From Callorhinchus milii (Eukaryota), in NCBI RefSeq assembly GCF_018977255.1, contig NW_024704771.1, positions 868,001 to 932,000 of the forward strand: a stretch of 64,000 nt of DNA, written 5' to 3'. Shown here one piece after another: positions 57,525 through 64,000 of this stretch. Position 1 is the stretch's first letter. Every line of letters starts with the position of its first letter. Made by a program: the position numbers and the translations under genes. The notes beneath the pieces are model-generated. The model was given only the letters and a program-made list of their open reading frames with translations, had not been told where the DNA came from and did not search any database.

Positions 57525-58776
57525 GTAAGGAAACACATTGAATCTGTTTGTTGGTGTTAAATTGCTGAAGGCAATGAAGGCACTGAGCCCCGAAGCTCTG
57601 GATTCCCTCCCTCAATCCCTCCGCCCATTGCCCCCTCCCTCCCCACTTTCAAATCCCATCCAAAGACCTTACATTTTGATTGTGTTCACTGTCACCTCTC
57701 CCCTCCCTCTACCCCTGGATCGGGGTCAGACTCCACCTCTGTCAAGCGCTCTGGGACGCTGCCCCGCGTGAAGGACGCAATATAAATGCAAGTTGTTGAA
57801 TATAAACTCAAGTCTAATAAGTGGAGACATTGCTATATGGGGGCGGTGCTGCCGCCATCTGGTGGTGACAAGATGAACGGCAGTGGGTTCCAGGACCAAC
57901 ATCTGTCACTGAAGCACTCGCCCAGTCAGTCATCGGGTCCTTTTCCATGTTGTTGAACGATTCTTTTCACCTCTCTTTCATTGTTTCAGGCTCTCTTCTA
58001 AGGGCTTTACTAACGGTTGGACTATTTCTCTTAGCGTTGTTTTATATTCTCCCTTCATCAGTCCTCTGTCACCTGACAATATTTCTCTACAATGTTGTCA
58101 GTCTCCAAATGTTTGCATTGTTCTGGTGTTGGTGGACACAAAGTGCAGACAGTGGGAAAGGTAAGATTGAAGCCAAACAAAGCCAAAACCCCATGACGGT
58201 GGGGATGAGAGTAGAGACGATGGTGGACAGCATCAGCTCAGGTAAACGTCTCACATCTTCTGATGTTTAAAATGTGAATGATGTACATTTACTGATGCAA
58301 AAGCTGACAGTCTGTCATGAACAAGGAATGTCTCTGAGGGATTCCACCTGAATATGCCAAAGCTGTGCATCAGCCCGGCTCAGTCTGTAACACTCTCACA
58401 CACACCAGGACTTTCAGCTCACAGCCTCGGATGACCCTCTGGTCCAGAGCTGAGGGAATTAATATAAGGTCCTGTCTGTGCCTATTCAGGTGAATGTAAA
58501 AATCTCACACTACTAATGAATAGAGAACTGTCTCTGTTACAAGAATCAAATCACTAAAGCCGGTCTGTCAGGGCTGACAGATTCTCCCATTCTGTCCTGA
58601 GGAGCAGTCGCTGCCCACACACTGTCTGTGCCCCACACTCCCGCCTGCAACTGTCCTGCTCCTCGAGCCCCTCACTCCTCTTTGTCTAATGTTTCTGTCT
58701 CTCAGCTCCGGCCTCTCCGACTCTGGATCCTGATACCAGGACTCCGGGTATTTGGAATTCAGTGCCAGGACGATAG
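57467..58776 (+). other. Putative chimeric BTN-5'/TRIM-3' gene or pseudogene (possible 99-aa ORF)
   Basis: join(57467..57524,57990..58160,58706..58776) is in frame with gt-ag sites; expression unknown. Confidence 0.4.
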
Positions 58777-59935
58777 GGATCGACACCAAAATAAGTTTTG
58801 AAAAGGTTTCCGTGGGCCTTCGCTGTGTGTCCTCCCGTGGGCTCCCCTCTCCTGTCACACTGAGCAGCCTCACCATCCTCACTGGCCGTCACAGGGGCCG
58901 GGGATACCCACTGTCACTCAGATTGTTTGAATCACTGATTCACTATCTCCTGTTCCTGGATTCAAACAATTACAATTTATTGGTGTTTTACAATAAAGCA
59001 GTAAATGCCGGGACCGACATTGGAATGACACTCAGCTGGAAATTCCGGCTCTCCAGACGGGATCTCCCCCATTGGTCCGGCCTCGAGCCGGGGGTTCAGT
59101 GTAATGAGCCACTGTAGCCGCCAGACAGCACAATCAGCACCAGCACCGCAACAGCTCGTCTGGATTAACATCATTCAGAGCATCAGAGGAACCTGACACC
59201 CAATGTGTGGGAGCAAAACGTGAGCCATCTGTGTAAAGCTCATCGCCAGCTCGTCTCTGTGCTCGTGTTGGGAGAATCTGACTTGCCATCCAGTGTGTGA
59301 CTCACACGCTCTGAGACAGGGATATATATCGCTGATATCTTTCTCTCCAGCAATGCCCAGTCTCACAGTCGGGGCTGTGCTCAGAATCTCACTGAAATCT
59401 CCCAAATCACTTTTATATCTATAAACAGGTGCCGTGTTGTTCCCCAGTGAGCGGCCGCGTCTCACTGTGTATAAACACTGTGTGTTTTCAGTGACAGTTT
59501 TTATAATCTGTAACATTTCTCTCTCAATCACTGTAACAATCGCCCAAGAAGTGAGATCTTTAGCCTTTAAGCCGAGGTCACGTCTGTGTCTGTTCAAGTG
59601 GATATTAATATCCAAATATATTGTCATTCACTTGCAAAAAACTGTCACAATTTACAATAAACCATATTATTATTATTTTATGGCCAATCATTATACACAG
59701 TCTACACACACCCCTCACCCTCAGATACACACATCCCTCACAGTCAGCCCCTGACCCACACCCTGAGATGTCTTAACTCCCTCTCCCCCTTATGTACAGA
59801 GACCACACGGATAACACAGCGCTGAGACACCGAATGCCCACCTCCTCCTCTGACCCTCATTACTCTCTGCTCCAGTGGTTGTTTCTGATCCAGTTGTTGC
59901 TTCCCTCTCCAGCCTCACCGGCTGCTCCATGTTTG
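57585..59935 (+). repeat. Duplicated block: TRIM 3' end + full 3'UTR module (57585-59380 ~ 21740-23544; 59270-59935 ~ 51380-52015)
   Basis: Colinear similarity by inspection; AATAAA at 58992 and 59656. Confidence 0.9.
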
Positions 59936-59941
59936 GGGTTT

Positions 59942-60253
59942 GCTGAGACATCTCAAAATGCTTCAGAGAACATACTGTAATGTGTAGTGACTGTGTGTTC
60001 TGTGGGCGAAACGCTGCAGTGAAGTGTGCACAGCAGTGACCCACAAACAGTCGTGAATTGAGTGACCAAATTAATTTTGGGGAGAGATTATTACCCCCAG
60101 AAAGCGATCCAACATCCAATTATCAACCAGGTTCCTACTTACCGCTTGGCAAAGAGAGGTGTGTGGTGTAAGGAAACTTGTCTAAGGTTTCGCCCCACCC
60201 AGGAATCTCTCACTTGTGAGGCGAGTGCTCTCACCACTGAGCTATAGGACTCT
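59942..60253 (-). mobile_element. tRNA-derived SINE
   Basis: ctcaccactgagctataggactc head on the reverse strand, plus the shared body and tail. Confidence 0.78.
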
Positions 60254-60599
60254 ACTGTTTTCAAGAGGAAGCCGGACCTCCTAAACCTATCCTCACCCCC
60301 TCCCCTTTATGGGGGGCGCAGGCAGGTCAACAACACACAGGATGGGCACACATGTTTGTGACGCTCCCTTTAAGCTCAGTCAGGAGACCTTCCCATGAGG
60401 GAGAGGAGGATTGAATGGAATGGGAGGCAGTAAGGAATGGGTGGGGACTGATGTGGAATATAAACACCGGCACAGACTGGTTTGGCGGTTTCTTTGCTGT
60501 ATATTCTTTGTAAATTGAAGTGTAACTCGATGCTCAGCCCCTGAGGTGCCCGACTGAGACATTTCCCAAACCACTGACGGCGGAAACATTCACAAACTG

Positions 60600-61020
60600 C
60601 GTGAATTACACACAGACCCGGGAATGGCAATCTGTGTTTCCACCTTTTGGGAATATGGTGAATCTGCCCCACGTTGATGCTGTGTTTGCAGAGACTGTCA
60701 TTAATTCTGCCGCTCAGTCTATTCAGTCTGTCACAGCCCGTCAGCAAGTCTCCACTATTCACAGACTCAGACAAAACCAGACTGAGACACACTGTCACCC
60801 ACACTACATTTATTATATCAAGACTCGACTTCACCTCCACACGATGCAGATCAACCAGAACCGCACCTACTCCCAATCCTACCAGCCCCGCACTCACTTG
60901 ATTCCAATGGCTTCCCATCCCCCAGAGGATAGAGTTCAAAATCCTCATCGTCTCCATCAAGGCCCCCCACGGCCTTGTCCCTTCCTCCTTCTATGACCGA
61001 CTGAGCCATTGCCAACCAAA
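60600..61020 (+). mobile_element. Old L2 RT C-terminal fragment
   Basis: atcaagactcgact..aatggcttcccatcccccagaggatagagttcaaaatcctc (LPIPQRIEFKIL-like). Confidence 0.6.
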
Positions 61021-61359
61021 CTGGGCAGAGAGGAAGCACAAAGGCTGTGACAGGACAGCGGAGCCGTCACCGCCGCTCACACAGACTGACACACACAGCG
61101 GGAACGGGAGGCAGTGGCTCCGGACACGACTCTGGGCCTGAGAGCCGCGGTCTGACCACCTGCCACAGGCGGGAAGTGTGTGAAGGGACACAGTGGCCGC
61201 CACACACAGCGAGTCCTGGGGGTCACTGGTTTACCGCACACACCACACAAGTGCGGGAAGGGCGGACAGTGCTCGAGGAGCGAGTCCCGGCAGCTGCTGT
61301 GAACAGTGAACATATAGAGAGATGGTGTGGACATGTTTACGCCACAGAATTCGATAGAA

Positions 61360-61620
61360 TTCAATCCAATATCAGGCAGAGCGAAACCTTGGGCAAATTT
61401 CCTTACAGAGCCTAATAATAATCCCTCCAAAACAAAACAATAATACATTGGTCATTTTCAATCCATGACTGTTTGTGTGACATTGCTGTGTGCAATTGGC
61501 TGCCGCATTTCAGCCACAAATATACAGTCAATTCACTTTACAGTCTATTCTGTGAAGCACTTTGAAACATGTGATGTGAAAAGCGCGATATCAAATGCAA
61601 TGATTATTATATTATTATTA
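61360..61620 (+). mobile_element. 5'-truncated SINE with (att)n tail
   Basis: gcgaaaccttgggcaaatttcc..gtgaaaagcgcgatatcaaatgcaa(tta)n. Confidence 0.75.
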
Positions 61621-62078
61621 TATATTTCTTTGTAGATAGAATACATATTTACACTTTCCTCAAAAAGAAACAAATGCCATAAGAGAATGAAGAAACACAA
61701 CACGTTATTTTACCATTACGGGACGTGACAGCCCCGACCCCTTGTGGTGGGGGGTTGGGGGGGAGGGGCTGCCATTGCGCACTCCACTTTGGTGGAGGGA
61801 CCAAGGCTTCCCCTCCCCCCCCCCCCCCCGGGGATCTGCTGCCCGTTGCGGGATGTGCTCACATTTCTTGGGGGGAACGCTCCCATTAAGCACAGTCGGG
61901 AAACGCCCCGTGTGCACCACAGACATGTGTGACCTGCACACACCCTGATAAGGGCTCTTCCATTTACAGATGTCAACCCAATGTGCACCGTAAACACATA
62001 TAATTACACTAACAAAACACCCCGAGACATCGAACACAAACCATACACTGCAATCAACACACAACCAGTCAACCCCCT

Positions 62079-62411
62079 GTCACTGTGTGAGGTTAGTGAC
62101 TGAGCTCAGTCACTGTGTGAGGTTAGTGACAGAGCTCAGTCACTGTGTGAGGTTAGAAACTGAGCGCCGTCACTGTGTGAGGTTAGTGACTGAGCTCAGT
62201 CACTGTGTGAGGTTAGAAACTGAGCGCCGTCACTGTGTGAGATTCGTGACTGAACTCAGTCACTGTGTGAGGGTAATAATTGAGCTCAGTCACTGTGAGA
62301 TTAGTAACTGAGCTCAGTCACTGTGTGAGGTTAGTAACTGAGCTCAGTCACTGTGTGAGGTTAGCAACAGAGCTCAGTCACTGTGTGAGGTTAGTAACTG
62401 AGCTCAGTCAC
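62079..62411. repeat. 30-bp tandem repeat (gtcactgtgtgaggttagtaactgagctca), ~11 copies
   Basis: Direct inspection; it produces the (RLVTELSHCV)n pseudo-ORFs. Confidence 0.95.
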
Positions 62412-62866
62412 AGGATTAGCCTCTGGGCATCGCCATCCCTGGACACAGGTTTAATGTACTGTTAGTAGTGAAGATTCTTCTCATTCGATGCAAACTCTAA
62501 ACAGGTCAGTGTCGGAAATTGTTTCCTGAAATGAACGATTATTTTACCATTAAAATAATGCCTTAACTTTACTGCGATTCCAGTTACAGAATTCACTGGT
62601 TTCACTTTCACATGTGGTGATGTGGAGTTTACATATGAAATAAATGTTCTCTATTGTCAGGTTTGTGTCAGCAGTAAAGCGGAAGCTCTGCAGTCAGTTT
62701 ATTCCCAGTTTGTGGTTTAAACGCTGAGAATTGGAGGCAAGTGAGGAGGGAAGGGAATGGGAGCTCCTCTCTGACCTGCACCATGTTGGGGTGAATAAGG
62801 AGCGGCTGTGAGGAGGCGGAGGGCAGGAGCACATTACAGCAGTTACACATAACATGTTTCTTCCCC
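62412..62866 (+). promoter_or_regulatory. 5' non-coding exon donor (62504) and conserved block of BTN gene D
   Basis: Homologous to 32940-33150 + 33716-33950 (gene B) and 54200-54610 (gene C). Confidence 0.55.
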
Positions 62867-63239
62867 AGTCTGATTGCTGTCAGGTCACTGGTGTTTACAG
62901 TGTTTCCTGTGAAGCGCTTTGAGACGTCCCTGGATGTAGAAGGTGCTGTGTCAGATGTCAGGATTATTATTCTCCGAGGTCACCTTGACAAGCGCTGAGG
63001 GTTGAAGCTCAGACAAACAGACGGAGACTCTGTGTGAGTTTGGAGCCTGAACCTGCAAAAGGTTCTACTGTTAAAAGCAAATCAGTGTCAGAAATTGTTC
63101 CCCGATGTGAAAAGTTTATTGTTATTAAAAATAATCATTTTATTTTTAGTGTTATCCCACTGACTTGGTTCAGCCGAAACAACAACAACAACTTATATAT
63201 CGCCCTCCACTCAGGGCAGCGTCTCAGAGCACTTGACAG

Positions 63240-63430
63240 TGGTGATGCCTGACTCCGAGCCTGAGTCAGAGGGTTGTGGGTTCAAGCCCCACATTAGGAC
63301 TTTGAGCTCACAGTGTAGGCTGACACTCCACTGCGGTGATCGGGGAGCACAGCATTGTCGGAGGTGATGTCCTTTGGATGTGAGGTTAAGCTGAGGTGCT
63401 CTCTGCCTGTCAGGTGGATGTTAAAGATGC
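63240..63430 (+). mobile_element. Deu-like SINE
   Basis: ggttcaagccccac..taggctgacactccactgc..ttgtcggaggtg..tcaggtggatgttaaagat. Confidence 0.65.
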
Positions 63431-63608
63431 AAATTGCTGTTGTTGTTCCACCTGTTTCAGGCAATTACTTTATTCCCAAAGTTTGGAGGAACACTTTGTT
63501 CAAATGCTGATCTTGATTGTGACACAGATCTGGTCTTATTGTGTGTTATTAATGTAATATGAATTATCTGTTGATTTCCTCGTGTTTCAGTGCTCGATGT
63601 CCTGACAA

Positions 63609-63666
63609 ATGATGGAGAAGATTTTCATTCTGATTTTCCTGTTTGAGATTCCGGCTTCACTTTCTG
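63609..63666 (+). CDS. Signal-peptide exon of a fourth BTN-like gene D (MMEKIFILIFLFEIPASLS); continues beyond the window
   Basis: cgtgtttcag acceptor at 63590, 58 coding nt (same size as in genes B and C), phase-1 G|gtgagc donor, downstream of the conserved BTN 5' block. Confidence 0.7.
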
Positions 63667-64000
63667 GTGAGCAACACTGTCATTTTATTCCAAATCGTCA
63701 CTGTCACATCAACATTGCTATTTATTACAGAGGCAACTAAAATATTAGATCACTTGTCAAAGTAGAGAATAGTTTTGTTTCTGATAAAGAATCCACTCAC
63801 TGTAACTGGAAGCTGGAGCTTGTTATCACTGCAGCTAAACCTGCCCCAGGAAAGTGCTGTATCTGTCAGCTTCCCTCAGTCTATCAGCCCATAACTGTGG
63901 CTGAAAGATCCTCACCAAACCTGGTCTATTCCCAGCTTCTCCTGATCACCTCCCGTTGTTCAGTGGTGAACAACTGTATCTCATTTCTGAGAGAAATGAC

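Noticed and set aside
58752-59117. 121-aa ORF (and related ORFs 13755-14141 and 59175-59627) as novel proteins
   Set aside because: They lie in the shared 3'UTR modules, and the frames are broken differently in each paralogous copy.
62079-62465. CRISPR-like or repeat-protein appearance of the 30-bp array (also the 25- and 38-bp arrays)
   Set aside because: The units are head-to-tail with no unique spacers, the context is eukaryotic and there are no cas genes.

Overview
Eukaryotic, intron-rich vertebrate DNA; the SINE/L2/CR1 types and TRIM style suggest a cartilaginous fish (inference). The window is part of a + strand butyrophilin (BTN/BTNL-like) cluster with an interspersed TRIM gene. Gene A (IgV upstream of the window) has IgC, TM, eight phase-1 mini-exons and a B30.2/PRY-SPRY exon (701-13597). 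A TRIM pseudogene at 18349-22959 has RING, B-box and coiled-coil exons, but its B30.2 exon is internally deleted. Gene B is a complete 7-exon BTN (34186-50771, 452 aa) whose last intron is about 11 kb of C/A-rich satellite plus a CR1. Gene C is a BTN 5' end and signal exon joined to a duplicated TRIM 3' end, a possible in-frame 99-aa chimera (57467-58776). Gene D is the signal exon of a fourth BTN (63609-63666). Introns are filled with L2 and CR1 fragments, tRNA-Ala-derived and Deu-like SINEs, non-autonomous Helitron-like elements and VNTRs. There is also an inverted ~1.3 kb duplication carrying a CpG promoter, and a decayed retroviral env-like fragment. Most notable: (1) the two B30.2 exons lie in a recently homogenised tract yet differ only by amino-acid-changing substitutions; (2) the TRIM and BTN terminal exons share a 3'UTR; (3) the symmetric mini-exon stalk; (4) the chimeric gene; (5) the env relic. 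All calls were made by eye; repeat boundaries are approximate (tens of bp).
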